From the NCBI GenBank assembly GCA_963707985.1, contig CAVPRW010000040.1, positions 12,956-76,955 on the forward strand: DNA of 64,000 bases, in the 5' to 3' direction. A program made the translations under genes and the position numbers. The notes beneath the pieces were generated by a model that saw nothing but the letters and a program-made list of their open reading frames with translations, was not told where the DNA came from and did not search any database. The DNA comes from an uncultured Nitrospinota bacterium. Lineage in GTDB: Bacteria; Tectomicrobia; Entotheonellia; J063; CAVPRW01. Of this stretch, positions 53,037-64,000 are shown piece by piece. Each line of letters opens with the position of its first letter. Within the stretch, counting starts at the first letter, position 1.

Positions 53037-53861
53037 ATGAGCACGATCACGATGAAAGATGGTACGCTGATCTATTACAAGGACTGGGGCACCGGACAAC
53101 CCGTGGTGTTCAGCCACGGTTGGCCGCTCAATGCCGATAGCTGGGAGGGACAGATGGTCTTCCTGGCGTCTAACGGCTATCGCTGTATCGCCCACGATCG
53201 TCGCGGCCATGGCCGCTCGAGCCAGCCCTGGGACGGCAACGAGATGGACACCTATGCCGACGATCTCGCCACGCTCATCGACACACTCGACCTGAAAGGC
53301 GCCGTCCTGATCGGCTTCTCCACAGGCGGTGGTGAAGTCGCCCGCTATATCGGACGCCACGGCATGACACGTCTGGCCAAGGCAGGTCTGATCTCCGCTG
53401 TCCCGCCGCTGATGCTGAAGACAGCGGCCAATCCCGGCGGCCTGCCGATTGACGCCTTCAACCAACTCCGTGCCGCCTCCATCACCGACCGCTCGCAGCT
53501 CTACAAGGATCTCGCCAGTGGTCCGTTCTTCGGCTTCAACCGGCCGGGCGCCAAGGTTTCGCAGGGCATGATTGACTGGTTCTGGCTTCAGGGAATGCAA
53601 GCCGGTCACAAAAATGCACTCGACTGTATCAAGGCCTTCTCCGAGACGGACTTCACCGAAGACCTCAAAAAATTTGACCTGCCGACGCTGATCCTGCACG
53701 GCGACGACGACCAGATCGTGCCGATCGGTGCCGCGGCGCTCGCCTCAGCGAAACTCGTCAAGAACGCGACTCTGAAGGTCTATCCAGGCGCACCCCATGG
53801 CCTGACCGACACGCACAAGGATCAGCTCAATGCCGACCTGCTGGCATTCCTGAGGGCCTGA
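53037..53861 (+). CDS. Non-heme chloroperoxidase-type alpha/beta hydrolase
   Basis: [34 protein letters not shown]. Confidence 0.92.
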   Translation: MSTITMKDGTLIYYKDWGTGQPVVFSHGWPLNADSWEGQMVFLASNGYRCIAHDRRGHGRSSQPWDGNEMDTYADDLATLIDTLDLKGAVLIGFSTGGGEVARYIGRHGMTRLAKAGLISAVPPLMLKTAANPGGLPIDAFNQLRAASITDRSQLYKDLASGPFFGFNRPGAKVSQGMIDWFWLQGMQAGHKNALDCIKAFSETDFTEDLKKFDLPTLILHGDDDQIVPIGAAALASAKLVKNATLKVYPGAPHGLTDTHKDQLNADLLAFLRA

Positions 53862-53960
53862 GGTCGACAGTCGCGTCAGGGTCGTACTCCCCTTGCGACC
53901 ATCTACGAGTCCACCCGGCGGCCAGCGCGTGGAGATCAACAGCACCGCAGAAGTCGTCCA

Positions 53961-55097
53961 TTACTTCCACAGCGCTTGGGACGCCAGCTTGGCGCCCTCA
54001 GCCATGGCCTGGAGCTTGGCCCAGACGATCTCGGGTTCCACCTGGTAATTGGATCGTGCGAAGGTCCCAAAACCGCAATCGCTGCCGGCGATGACGTTTT
54101 CCTTACCCACCAGTTCTGCATAGCGGACGATCCGCTGTGCCACCAGTTCCGGATGCTCGATGAAGTTGGTTGTGGAGTCCAGCATGCCAGGGATGATCAC
54201 CTTCCCGTCTGGGAGCCTCACATCCCGGAAGACTGTCCACTCATGCTCGTGGCGGGGGTTGGCGCCCTCGAACGAGATGGCCTGGGGTCGTGCCTTGAGT
54301 ACCACGCCGATGATCTCCTTGAGGGGGATGTCGCGGTGGTGGGGCCCTTCGTAATTGCCCCAGCATAAATGCATGCGCATGCGATCCGGCGGGATATCCC
54401 GCAATGCGTGATTGAGCGCTTCCACGTTGGCCTCGGCGATCTTCACAAAGTCTGGTGTGCTGAGGTCGGGAAAGGCCAGATGGCGCCCCATCCCCAGGTC
54501 GGGGCAATCGAGCTGGAGTATAAACCCGGCCTGGACGATGGCGTCGTACTCTTCCTTCATGATGTCCGTCAGATGTGCCAGATAGGCATCGCGGCTGGGA
54601 TAATACTCGTTGCGTAAGAAGTGGGCGATGACGCCTGGAGAAGCGGCGGTCATGAAGGCATCTTCTGGCTGTACTTCTGATAAAGCCGCTTTGAAATTGG
54701 CAATATCCTTCTGTCCCGCCTCGCGGTCCTGCCAAGCGATGGGGCCGTTGCACGCCGGGCGCTCTCCCGTGGCGCGGGTGTACCGTGCCGCAGCCTCTGG
54801 AAAGTCAGCCCAATCAGCCCTGACAGGAACCGCGCTCTGGCCTCCAAAACCCGTGAGGCGATGCTTGACATAGGTGGAGTAGCCGACTTTACCCTGCTCG
54901 CCATCGCTGACGATATCGACGCCCGACTCCACCTGTTTACGCACGATGTCGACGACAGCCCGGCGGACGCGGGCATCAAAGACCTCAGGGTCTGGTATGA
55001 TTCCAGCATCCAGAGCTTCCAGAGTAGCTGTCAGGTCTGAGGGACGGGGCAGACTTCCGGTGTGCGTGGTGAGGATGCGTTCGGTGCTGCGTTTCAT
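53961..55097 (-). CDS. Cobalamin-independent methionine synthase II-like (MetE C-terminal family) protein
   Basis: THTGSLPRP, SDGEQ, HLCWGN, DCGFGT. Confidence 0.88.
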   Translation of the reverse strand: MKRSTERILTTHTGSLPRPSDLTATLEALDAGIIPDPEVFDARVRRAVVDIVRKQVESGVDIVSDGEQGKVGYSTYVKHRLTGFGGQSAVPVRADWADFPEAAARYTRATGERPACNGPIAWQDREAGQKDIANFKAALSEVQPEDAFMTAASPGVIAHFLRNEYYPSRDAYLAHLTDIMKEEYDAIVQAGFILQLDCPDLGMGRHLAFPDLSTPDFVKIAEANVEALNHALRDIPPDRMRMHLCWGNYEGPHHRDIPLKEIIGVVLKARPQAISFEGANPRHEHEWTVFRDVRLPDGKVIIPGMLDSTTNFIEHPELVAQRIVRYAELVGKENVIAGSDCGFGTFARSNYQVEPEIVWAKLQAMAEGAKLASQALWK

Positions 55098-55610
55098 GGG
55101 CGTGTCTCCTTCTAACAGGCCTTCCAGCCATCCCTTCAGGTCAATTCTGCACAGTTGGGCTTGGCGCATACGCCTCACAGACAGAATAGGAGTCCAAAAC
55201 TCACACGTGCCGACAACCACCAGGTCGGCGGCAGCCTACGCCAAACGCCTCACTGCGTCAAGTCGTGAGATCAACGGTACGCTGGAGCGGAGAGGCGCGG
55301 CGGCAGGGTGACTTCACAGGGAACACACCCCACGTACCATAGTGTCTCAACAGTGTCTCAACTCGTGATAAGCCCCTGGTCATAGGGCGCACAATATGAC
55401 ATGCTTAGCCCATGCGAGTAGCTATGGACACCGACGTGATGGTGAGGCTGTAAAGTATCCGTTGTCAGGGATGCTATTGGCTATCCCCAATTCCGTCCTT
55501 GCCCGTAAACCGATGGCACCTAGGGAGATACACGAGATCATCGTGCAGGTCGCCCTATACCAGATTGAATGCTCGTCCGCAGACACCGTCAAGAAAGGAA
55601 TCGGGGTACG

Positions 55611-56411
55611 ATGCACACCTTCGAGACACTGGGCAAAAAGAAAGTCGTCATCGGGATGGTTCATCTGCTCCCCTTGCCGGGGACGCCGTTTTATCAAGAA
55701 GGCACGATGGGGCAGACGCTCGAGAAAGCGGTGGCTGACGCCACGGCACTCTATCATGGCGGCGCCGATGGCTGCCTGATTCAAACCGTTGACCGCGTCT
55801 ATCCTGCCGCCGATGAAGCCGATTACGCGCGTGTGGCCGCCATGGCCGCGGTGACCAAGGCCGTCGCTGATGCCACCGGCCCTGAGTTTCACATCGGCGT
55901 GCAGATCATGATAAATGCCCTCAAAGCTTCCGTTGCCGTGGCCAAAGTGTGTGGCGGATCGTTTATACGCTGTACGGCCCTGGTTGGGGCGACGGTGGGC
56001 GCTTCCGGGATGGTCGAGGCCAACCCACATGAGTTCCTCGCCTACCGTGCGCGCATCGGTGCTCAGTCGATCAAGCTGATTGCCGAGGTCAACAGTAGGC
56101 ACTTCCGCTGGCTGGGGGATCAATCAACGGCCGACATCGCCCGCATGGCTGCACGTGTGGGCGCAGATGCGGTGGAGGTGGCGCATCCGGATGAAGCGGC
56201 CAATGCTCGCTTGGTTCGGGAAATCAAACAGGCGATGCCGCATGTGCCGGTGATCCTGGGCGGATATACCACCCATGACAATGTCACCCGACGGCTCGCC
56301 GAGGCCGATGGGGCGTTTGTGGGAGCCTGCCTGAAACTAGACCGCTGGGATGGTCGCGTAGACATTGACCGCGTGCGTACCTACGTCGACATCGTGGCGA
56401 ACATGAAGTAG
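55611..56411 (+). CDS. BtpA/SgcQ-family protein
   Basis: VIGMVHLLPLPGTP, GADG, ADGAFVG..K.D. Confidence 0.88.
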   Translation: MHTFETLGKKKVVIGMVHLLPLPGTPFYQEGTMGQTLEKAVADATALYHGGADGCLIQTVDRVYPAADEADYARVAAMAAVTKAVADATGPEFHIGVQIMINALKASVAVAKVCGGSFIRCTALVGATVGASGMVEANPHEFLAYRARIGAQSIKLIAEVNSRHFRWLGDQSTADIARMAARVGADAVEVAHPDEAANARLVREIKQAMPHVPVILGGYTTHDNVTRRLAEADGAFVGACLKLDRWDGRVDIDRVRTYVDIVANMK

Positions 56412-56469
56412 CCATCATGGAGCGCGTGACATTATCGCCGGCGCTCCGCCTTGGCTTCCGCTCCTCTCT

Positions 56470-56620
56470 CTCATCGTGGCCGTCCGCTCCTGGTGCAAGC
56501 GGCCCCAGTTGGCACCCATCGTGCGCCGCAGGCGTTTGTCAACCGCTAAGGCGTAGAGCAACTTGCCCTGCAGCACAGCTCAGCCAGCGGGCTGCCGTGG
56601 CGCGCCCGCCATAGATCGAC
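56470..56620 (-). mobile_element. Possible IS4-family transposase C-terminal remnant
   Basis: Minus-strand LQGKLLYALAVDKRLRRTMGANWGRLHQER, recognised from memory only. Confidence 0.35.
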
Positions 56621-56802
56621 ATCGTGCCGGCGACCTCGCAGCGGGAGATCGTACGCCAAGGATGTCCCCAGGGAAAACTTCCGACAGACCTCTCATGTCC
56701 CACGTGACACCACGAGGCATGAAAATCGAAAGTTCAAGGCAACCGTATTTTCATGTCAGGATCAAAAGTGGCCAACAACCTCAACAAGTTGACAATGCCC
56801 TG

Positions 56803-57663
56803 TCAAGAGCGCAGATACCGCTGCTGCCATTGCAGAAACTCATCGCTCCGGTTCACTGCCCGCAGCAGGTCAGCGGAGGCCTGCTGGTCAGACAGGTCCT
56901 CCACGGCGCCACCGTCCTTCAAGTGCTTGAAGCAATCGTACATCGCTTTGACGGCCACAGCGAAGGCCGGATTGCCCAGCATCAGAACCCTGATCCCGTT
57001 GGCAGCAAGGAACGCCCGATCGTGCATCAGATCCGGGGGCGGGCTCAAGACGGTTAACGGTAGGGACGTCGCCTGGTGCACCGCCTCCAGTTGCGCGCGG
57101 GTCCGCAAGCCCACCAGCCGGATGGCCTCCACTCCCGTCTGGGCGTAGGCTCGCATCCGGTCCAAGGCCTCCTCCAGGGGGCAATAGGTCAGGGCGGCCG
57201 TGCGGGCGACGATGACGGTCGTGGGATCGGTGCGTGCGGCCACCGCCGCCTCCAGCTTGCCCACCTGCTCTGCCTTGGAGTGCAGCCCGGGGTCTTCGGC
57301 ATTGAATCGCACGGGGGCGATATTGTCCTCGATTTCGATAGCCGACACGCCGGCAGCCTCAAGCTCCTTGACCGTACGCACGACGTTGACGGCGTTCCCG
57401 AATCCATCCTCGCCATCCACCATCAAGCTCACGTCGGCCATGCGAGTAATACGGCGGCAATGGTCCACCGCGTCGGACATATTGTACAGGACGATGTCTG
57501 GGACTCCCAGGTTCGCCACCTTCCCCACCGAGCCGGACAAAAAGCAGATGTCGTAGTCCAACATGTGGGCGATGCGCGCTGACAGCGGATCGAAGATGTT
57601 GGCCGCCACGGTGCAGGTGGGTTGCGACATCACCTGGCGGAACCGCTCCCGGGCTTGTGACAT
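56803..57663 (-). CDS. Isocitrate lyase/PEP mutase family, oxaloacetate decarboxylase-like
   Basis: FDPLSAR, DGEDGFG, IED without the KRCGH loop, IVART. Confidence 0.85.
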   Translation of the reverse strand: MSQARERFRQVMSQPTCTVAANIFDPLSARIAHMLDYDICFLSGSVGKVANLGVPDIVLYNMSDAVDHCRRITRMADVSLMVDGEDGFGNAVNVVRTVKELEAAGVSAIEIEDNIAPVRFNAEDPGLHSKAEQVGKLEAAVAARTDPTTVIVARTAALTYCPLEEALDRMRAYAQTGVEAIRLVGLRTRAQLEAVHQATSLPLTVLSPPPDLMHDRAFLAANGIRVLMLGNPAFAVAVKAMYDCFKHLKDGGAVEDLSDQQASADLLRAVNRSDEFLQWQQRYLRS

Positions 57664-58029
57664 ACGGTGTCCTCCCTTTCCCCTCGGGTCATGCCCGCAG
57701 TCTAACGGGGCTCATGGGGTGCCCATAAGAATCTCCAGTGCTCTCAAGTCCATACCATGCAGACACGTGTATCAGATCGCTGGCTAGTTGTGCAACACTC
57801 CCCTGCACCAGAGCATAAGTCAGTCAACGTGAGTGATGACCTGTGGCTGGTGGCGATTGATCCACCAGGTGAGCGTGGCGAGCAGCAGTTGGAGGATCAT
57901 GGCCTCCCCCCAGGTGTTCAGGATGTGATGACATCGCATCGTCCAGTATACACGAACCTAGGATATGGTCTACAATCGAGGCGTCTGATTATTTCAACCG
58001 TACGGGTTCGAAGTACAAGGAGGAGAGTT

Positions 58030-58587
58030 ATGGCACGAACACCCATGCTGACCCCTGACCGAGTTCCCGAGCACTTGCGCGCCGCCTTTGACGCTGAGAC
58101 TGCCAGCAGTGGTGGGGTGGTCACGACGGGTCCAGGGTCCGTGATGATCAACAGCCCTGAAATGCGCCGGCGCGCCAACCACCTGGTCAACTACTTGCGG
58201 GACGAATCGACCCTCCCCAAGAAAATCCAGGAGCTGGCGATGCTGATCACGGCCCGCGCCATGGACTGCCAGTTTATCTGGAATGCCCATGCCGCGCGTG
58301 GCCGGCGCGAGGGCTTGAGCGACGCCTTGGTGAATGCGCTGCGGGACAGGCAACCGCTCCCACCCTTGCCCGCCGATGAGGCCACGGTAGTCCACTATGG
58401 CACAGAATTTTTCAGCACCCATAAAGTTCGCCAAGAGACGTTTCAAGCGGCGCTGGCCCAATTCGGTGCACAGGGCCTGACCGAACTGACGACTCTGATG
58501 GGCTACTATGCGCTGCTGGCCTTCAACGCCAACGCGTTCGAGATCGACCTCCCGGCAGAGCGGACCGAGCCGATCTTGCCGATCTAA
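58030..58587 (+). CDS. Carboxymuconolactone decarboxylase/AhpD-like protein, paralog of 9332-9889
   Basis: Same 185-aa length; ELAMLITARAMDCQFIWNAHA; AGGAGGAG RBS. Confidence 0.82.
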   Translation: MARTPMLTPDRVPEHLRAAFDAETASSGGVVTTGPGSVMINSPEMRRRANHLVNYLRDESTLPKKIQELAMLITARAMDCQFIWNAHAARGRREGLSDALVNALRDRQPLPPLPADEATVVHYGTEFFSTHKVRQETFQAALAQFGAQGLTELTTLMGYYALLAFNANAFEIDLPAERTEPILPI

Positions 58588-58680
58588 GTGCTGCGTGGGC
58601 AATCTTGGCCGGGGGAGCCCTGAGCTCCCTTACGCCTGTCCTCTCACGGCATTAATGATGTGACCTAGGGAGAAACCACG

Positions 58681-58870
58681 ATGGCCACGGCTCCGCCGGG
58701 GTCATTCTGTCGACGGTTCGCTATGCCGCGGACGCGGACTATCGCTTGGTAGTCGTGGAGGATGGCTGTGCCGACCGCGACGCCGAGGTGCACACGATGC
58801 TGATGCAACGCATTTTCCCGCGCCAAGCCATGGTGGTCAGCGCTGAGGCCGTGATCCAGGCTTTATGTGG
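58681..58870 (+). pseudogene. Isochorismatase/cysteine hydrolase remnant (start joined to the C-terminal part)
   Basis: GVILSTVRYAADADYRLVVVEDGCADRDAEVH..IFPRQA. Confidence 0.7.
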
Positions 58871-59100
58871 CCCCCCCTGTCCATGCATGGCCTGACTATG
58901 TTATGATTACGCACCCAGCGGTGCGCCTCGGTACGCTGAGCAGACCCATCAGTTCCAACGGCCTCGCCAGAGGCCGCGTCTGGGGAGCGGTCGTGGCCCC
59001 GTGGCCCGATCACGCCCGAGCGCACCTGGTCATCAACGTTCCCACGGCTGGTCCTGGCCTCGCAGGTGCGCAGGACCGGCCCAGCAGAAAGGCCGCACCT

Positions 59101-60286
59101 ATGCGCCACACACCCGCGTCCACAGCGCTGGCCAAGTATACCGTCCTCGACCTCACCCGCGCCCGCGCCGGGCCCACGGCCGTCCGGCAACTGGCGGACT
59201 GGGGCGCGCAGGTCATCAAGATCGAAATGCCGGGCAGCGACGACACCCCGGATTTCATGGATCGGCACAGCCCGGATTTCCAAAATCTGCACCGCAACAA
59301 ACGGTCGATGACCCTGAATCTGAAGCACCCCGAAGGGCTGGACATTTTCAAGCAGCTGGCGCGCCATGCCGATGTGATCGTCGAGAATTACCGCCCCGAC
59401 GTGAAGCACCGGCTGGGCATTGACTACGAGGCCATCAACGCGATCAATCCGCGCATCGTTTATGGCAGCATTTCCGGGTTCGGCCAGGACGGGCCGTATG
59501 CGGACCGCCCCGGCGTCGACCCCATCGTCCAAGGGATGGGCGGCCATATGATGGTGACCGGCGAACCCGGACGGGGACCGATGCGCTCCGGGGCGGCGCT
59601 CTCGGACGTTGGCGCTGGTTTACTCTGCGCCAATGGCATCTTGACGGCGTTGTTGGAGCGCGAGACCTCGGGCGCAGGCCAATGGGTGCAGGCGTCCCTG
59701 CTTGAAGCCATGATTTTCTTGCTCGACTTCCAAGCGGCGCGCTGGACGATGGCGCAGGATTTGCCGGCCCAAGTCGGGAACAACCACCCGACCAATGCGC
59801 CGATGGGCGTGTTTCGCACCCAGGACGGATACATGACCATCGCGGCCTCGCGGCCCATGTGGCGCAAGCTCTGCATCGCCCTCGGCGCCCCGGCGCTGCT
59901 GGAGCGGCCGGAGTACGCCACGGCGGCGAGCCGCGTCACGCACCGGGAGGCGTTGAACGCGGAGATCGAGCGCGTGACGCAAACGCAAACGTCCGCCGCC
60001 TGGATCGACATCCTGAACCACGCGGGGGTGCCGTGTGGGCCGATCTATACGCTGGAGGACACCTTCAACGACCCCCAAGTGCAGCATCTCGGCATTGCGC
60101 AGACGGTGGAGTCGCCCAAGTTAGGCCCGACGACGATTATCGGCCAAGCGTTCCGCCTCAGCCGGACCCCGAGCCGCCTGGTGAGCGCCGCGCCCGAATG
60201 TGGCGCCGATACCGACGACATCCTGCAGGGAGATGGGCTACGAGACGGACGCGATTGCGGCGCTGAGAGCGCGTCAGGTCATTTAG
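59101..60286 (+). CDS. Class III CoA-transferase (CaiB/BaiF); frameshift near the C-terminus
   Basis: VLDLTRARAGP, LADWGAQVIKIE, RNKRS, ENYRP, SGFGQDGPY. Confidence 0.9.
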
Positions 60287-60450
60287 CGGGGCGTGCATCC
60301 GGATCGCTCAGTGTATCATGCTTTGTAGGCCTTCATATAGCGAAGCTTCTCTATATGAACCGACATTGAGCCGATGCTTAAAGAGAAAAAACTGTTTATC
60401 CTCCACTGCATGCCTAGCGACCGCAAGGGGATGCTAGGGAGGAGCCTAGC

Positions 60451-60500
60451 ATGGAATCGGTGCACGTTGAGCGCCTCGATCATTTAGGGTTAGCAGCCGC
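60451..60500 (+). mobile_element. Possible IS1634-family transposase N-terminal stub
   Basis: GGAGGAG RBS then MESVHVERLDHLGL. Confidence 0.4.
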
Positions 60501-60656
60501 CCGGACGTGGCAAACTCCACGCCGCCGACCTGGCAGTCCTGTGGTCCTTGACAATTTATCCAGCTTGCTTTGAAGTTTGCTTGAAAGCCTGTACCATGCT
60601 CGAATGGGGGGCGATTGGCCAGCACTTTTTTCGAAGGGCCTGGAAAGGGCTGTCGG

Positions 60657-61279
60657 ATGCCGATCATCGCGGGGGTCAATCAAAAAGGTGGGACTGGCAA
60701 GACGACGGTCGCGACGAATCTCGCGGCGCTCTTCACCAGCCAGAGATGCGAGGTGTTGCTGGTGGATGCGGACCCTCAGGACTCCTCGTTGGATTGGTAA
60801 CACGATCGACCCGCACATTTACCCCCGGTGACCGTCATTGGCCTGCCGGTGCCACATCTCCACCGCGAAATCCCCGGCTCCAAACGAACTATCCCATTAT
60901 CCTCATCGATGGCGGCGGGCGCATCACCGTGACGGCTCGGGCCACGGTGGCGGTGGCTGATTTTCTGCTCGTGCCAACATTGGCGAGTACCCCGGATGCC
61001 CGCTCGACGCAACACTTTTTTCAAGACGTTGTGGAGGAAGGGGCGGATCTCCGGGGCCATTCTCCTCAGCATGCTCAAGACCGGCACCACCTTTATAATA
61101 CGTCGGGGCAAACGATGATGAAAGTGCTCGGCTATCCGGTGCTCGAGACCGGCACTGCCTCATCGGATCACGTACCAGGAAGCCATCGCTCAAGGCATGA
61201 GCGTGGGGGAATATGATCCCCGCAGCAAACCGCCGAGGAAATGCAGGCGCTCTTCCAAGAGTTGCAGGAGGGATTATGA
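60657..61279 (+). pseudogene. parA: Short plasmid-type ParA ATPase, disrupted
   Basis: [29 protein letters not shown], with an in-frame stop and frameshifts; overlapping small partner ORF 61276-61398. Confidence 0.75.
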
Positions 61280-61499
61280 CCCCGAAGAAGTTCGAGATTT
61301 CGGGTCGCACGACGGGACCGGAGGCACCCACACATCATCACGCCATAGATCGTTTCATCGAGGGGACGGAGGGTCGTGTACCCGCAGGTTGCGGATAATC
61401 GTGACGGAGCCCCTTCGAGCCATCTGCCCGGGGTGAATCAGCCGGTGATCAGCCCTTGAACTGCGTTTTCAGACTCTCTTCCAGCTCTGTTCCTTGGCT

Positions 61500-62820
61500 T
61501 GTCGATACACCTACCTTGCTCAGGTCCACCATCATTTGACGCACTGCCTTCTACAGCTCTCGGCACTGTGGCCACGGCGGCACCCGAAAGAGCAGCACGT
61601 CACGAAGCGTCCAGACGTGATTCGTCAATCCGGCTGCCACCGCTGGCGTATACGGCCGCCACTGCTTGGCTGAGCCACGGCCATTGGTCGGCTCAGAAAC
61701 CAATAAGGGCTGCCGTAAGCTGGCGTGGGGCAGACAAAAATTGTGGTACGTCTGGAACCACCACCTGCTGCTGGCGCAAGCCGTCTTCTGCCTGGCACAG
61801 CGTGTTGACACGACGCCCCACCGCCGCTACATGCTGACAGATATCCAGGTTCAGCCTCTCCACAAAGGCCGTATTGATCTGCCAGCCACAGGCCGCCAAC
61901 ACCTGCTTGACCCGTGCTGTTGTCCCGAACATCACATAGTGTTTAACAGCCATGAGGCGTCTGCGACGGTACGACTTTACCACCTGGGCATACAGCATGC
62001 ACGACACGCTGGGCCATGGCCAAGGTCCGGGTGCCCCCATCGATGGCCAACAGCAGTTTGCTCTCGGGGTCCATCGCCGTCCATACCCAGGAGGGGAAAC
62101 GTTCAAGGCGTTTGATGGCGTCATCCTCGCTGAGCTCACCCTCTTTGACGTGATGCAGCACGGGGTACAACTCGTCGAGTTGCAACTAGTTCACGTGCAC
62201 ATTACAGAGAAAGGCACGCGTAAAGGCTGTGAGCTGCTCCGCTGCTTCCACCAACCATTGCAAAACCGTCGTAGGGTCCACCTCAAACACCCGCGCGGTG
62301 GCGCGAATGCCCAAGCCCTCAGCCAAGCATGCTCGTACGCGTACGAGCAATTCCACCGGCACTCGCTTACCATGAAAGACTGTGTCGTGAGTTTCCAGAA
62401 AGTAACCGTCGCAGCTTGTACAGTGCAACTGGCGCCACGGGCCGCCACAGGGATGGCCATTGGCGCGCAGATTCCCTCGCCCCAGACAGCCTTGATACGG
62501 ACAGCCAGCGCGAGGGCAAAAGTGCATTGAGGTGTCGATCTCGCGCGGGCGCCGGTTGGTCGGGGGCATCGGATCGGGTCGCCCGGGAGGGAGCGCTTTG
62601 GGAGACGTGGCGTCATGTTCACAGGCAGTGCAACGGGGTTTTTGCTCAGGCCAGCAAACGGTGTCGGCTCTTTGCAGCGCTTACGGCGTGGCGCGAGGGG
62701 CGTCGTTGGCCTCTGCCCGCCCGTAACCCATCCACTGGACCACGCATAATACACTATAACAAACAGCCCCAGGAGTCCCAGGACCACGAGCTGGTTGTAG
62801 AAAAAGTGTGGAATCATCAC
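61500..62820 (-). mobile_element. IS1-like transposase pseudogene
   Basis: CPRAGC..CTSC Zn ribbon, EGLGIRATARVFEVD HTH, QLDEL, INTAFVERLN, TPAVAAGLT.H.W across several frames. Confidence 0.75.
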
Positions 62821-62904
62821 ATTGCCCCCTGGCACAGTGGTGTAATGGGGGGGCATTGTATCGGGTTTTCGAGGCCAGCAATCATCCACAGACTATAGGT
62901 ACAC

Positions 62905-63380
62905 GACCATCCGCTGCGTGACTCGGTGGTGCGGGAGTTGGAACGCCTCAAATGGTTTCTGTGGCACGGCAACGTCTATAAGGCGTTGCAGGTCGTGCAG
63001 TCGGTCGAGATGGACCTCGACGCGGCGGTGGCCACCAGTCGTGATCACACCGCTCGAAAACTGCTCAAAGCCGTCGAGGAGTTCCATACCTATATCGCGA
63101 ATAATCAGGGTTTCATTCCCAACTATGGCGAGCGCTACCGTAACGGGGAACGCATCAGCACCGGCTTTGTGGAATCGACCGTGAATCAGGTGGTGAGCAA
63201 ACGCTTCTGCAAGAAACAGCAGATGCAATGGACGAAACGCGCCGCCCATCTGCTGCTACAAATGCGGGTCAAGACGCTCAACCATGAGTTAGCGACCGTA
63301 TTCCGCCGCTGGTATCCGGATTTCCCGGTTGAGCAGGAGTGAAGCCCAGGCGGCGTAGCCCCCAGATCTGTATGCTCTCC
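62905..63380 (+). mobile_element. ISKra4-family transposase C-terminal part and right end
   Basis: LKWFLWHGN, NYGERYRNGERISTGFVESTVNQVVSKRF.KKQQMQW; end ...ATGCTCTCC. Confidence 0.85.
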
Positions 63381-63399
63381 TATAAGAGATGGCGCGAAC

Positions 63400-63432
63400 A
63401 AATGGTCCGGAAATGGTCCGGAAACGGTTCGG
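63400..63432. promoter_or_regulatory. Three 11-bp tandem direct repeats
   Basis: AAATGGTCCGG AAATGGTCCGG AAACGGTTCGG. Confidence 0.55.
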
Positions 63433-63553
63433 TTTTCGTCAAGACGCATGGGGGCTGGCGACGTACATTACAGGCAGGACAGGGCAGCGACCCTGGTTGA
63501 GAGAATCCTCAGGAGCGAAAAGGCGCTGCACACATAGCCATAAGGAGAACACC

Positions 63554-64000
63554 ATGCCTGCTCAAGCCACACTGGAAGCCTTCAAGACACGTCTACGCGG
63601 TGAGTTACTGCAAGCCAACGATGCCGGGCCACGAGACGGCTCGCAAGGTCTATAATGGCATGATTGACCGGCATCCTCGCCTGATCGTGCGGTGCGCCAA
63701 TGTCGCCGACGTTATCGCCGCAGTCCATTTCGGCCGCGAGCACGACCTGCTCGTCGCCGTGCGTGGTGGCGGCGGCCACAATGCCGGTGGTCTTGGCATG
63801 TGCGATGATGGGCTGGTCATCGATCTCGCGTATGAAGGGCATTCGCGTCGATCCCGTGGCACGGACGGTCCGCGTTGAGGGGGGCTGTACCTGGGGCGAT
63901 GTGGATCATGCGACGCACGCCTTTGGCCTGGCCACGCCCAGCGGTATTATCTCCACCACTGGCGTTGGCGGACTCACCCTGGGCGGGGGGCTCGGCCATT
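63554..64000 (+). CDS. FAD-linked oxidoreductase (VAO/BBE-type), frameshifted, 3'-partial
   Basis: YNGMIDRHP..RC, VRGGG(G)HN, GLVIDL, GGLTLGGGLG. Confidence 0.85.

Noticed and set aside
57784..58005. N-terminal extension of the CMD ORF, or an IS end
   Set aside because: The real start is 58030 by RBS and paralog length; the upstream sequence may be mobile-element debris but I cannot name the family.

Overview
GC-rich bacterial chromosomal segment. The gene content (many family-5 ABC solute-binding proteins, CMD/AhpD-like, LLM, MetE-like and CoA-transferase genes, IS6/IS1/ISKra4 remnants) suggests a Tectomicrobia/Entotheonella-like organism, but this is inference only. Many genes, including uvrC, are split by single-base frameshifts, which points to uncorrected long-read errors as well as real decay. 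Core-type genes: rimO-tmk, an M16 peptidase pair, bcp, a deoxyhypusine-synthase-like gene, degP, a CusRS-like two-component pair, uvrC and tatA. The most notable region is an accessory block at about 28.3-34.8 kb, lying between the two-component pair and degP. It carries a sigma-54 promoter (two palindromic enhancer candidates, an IHF-like site and an exact -24/-12 box) upstream of an AT-richer operon: EamA exporter, GTP cyclohydrolase I (folE), a possible folB-like remnant and a histidine phosphatase cut by IS6. I propose this as a pterin (dihydroneopterin) make-and-export module. Also present are a PKD-like tandem-repeat surface protein beside a GT-C-like membrane protein, a monoheme plus pentaheme cytochrome c pair, REP-like repeats and several gene-fragment clusters. 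No rRNA, tRNA or CRISPR array was seen.
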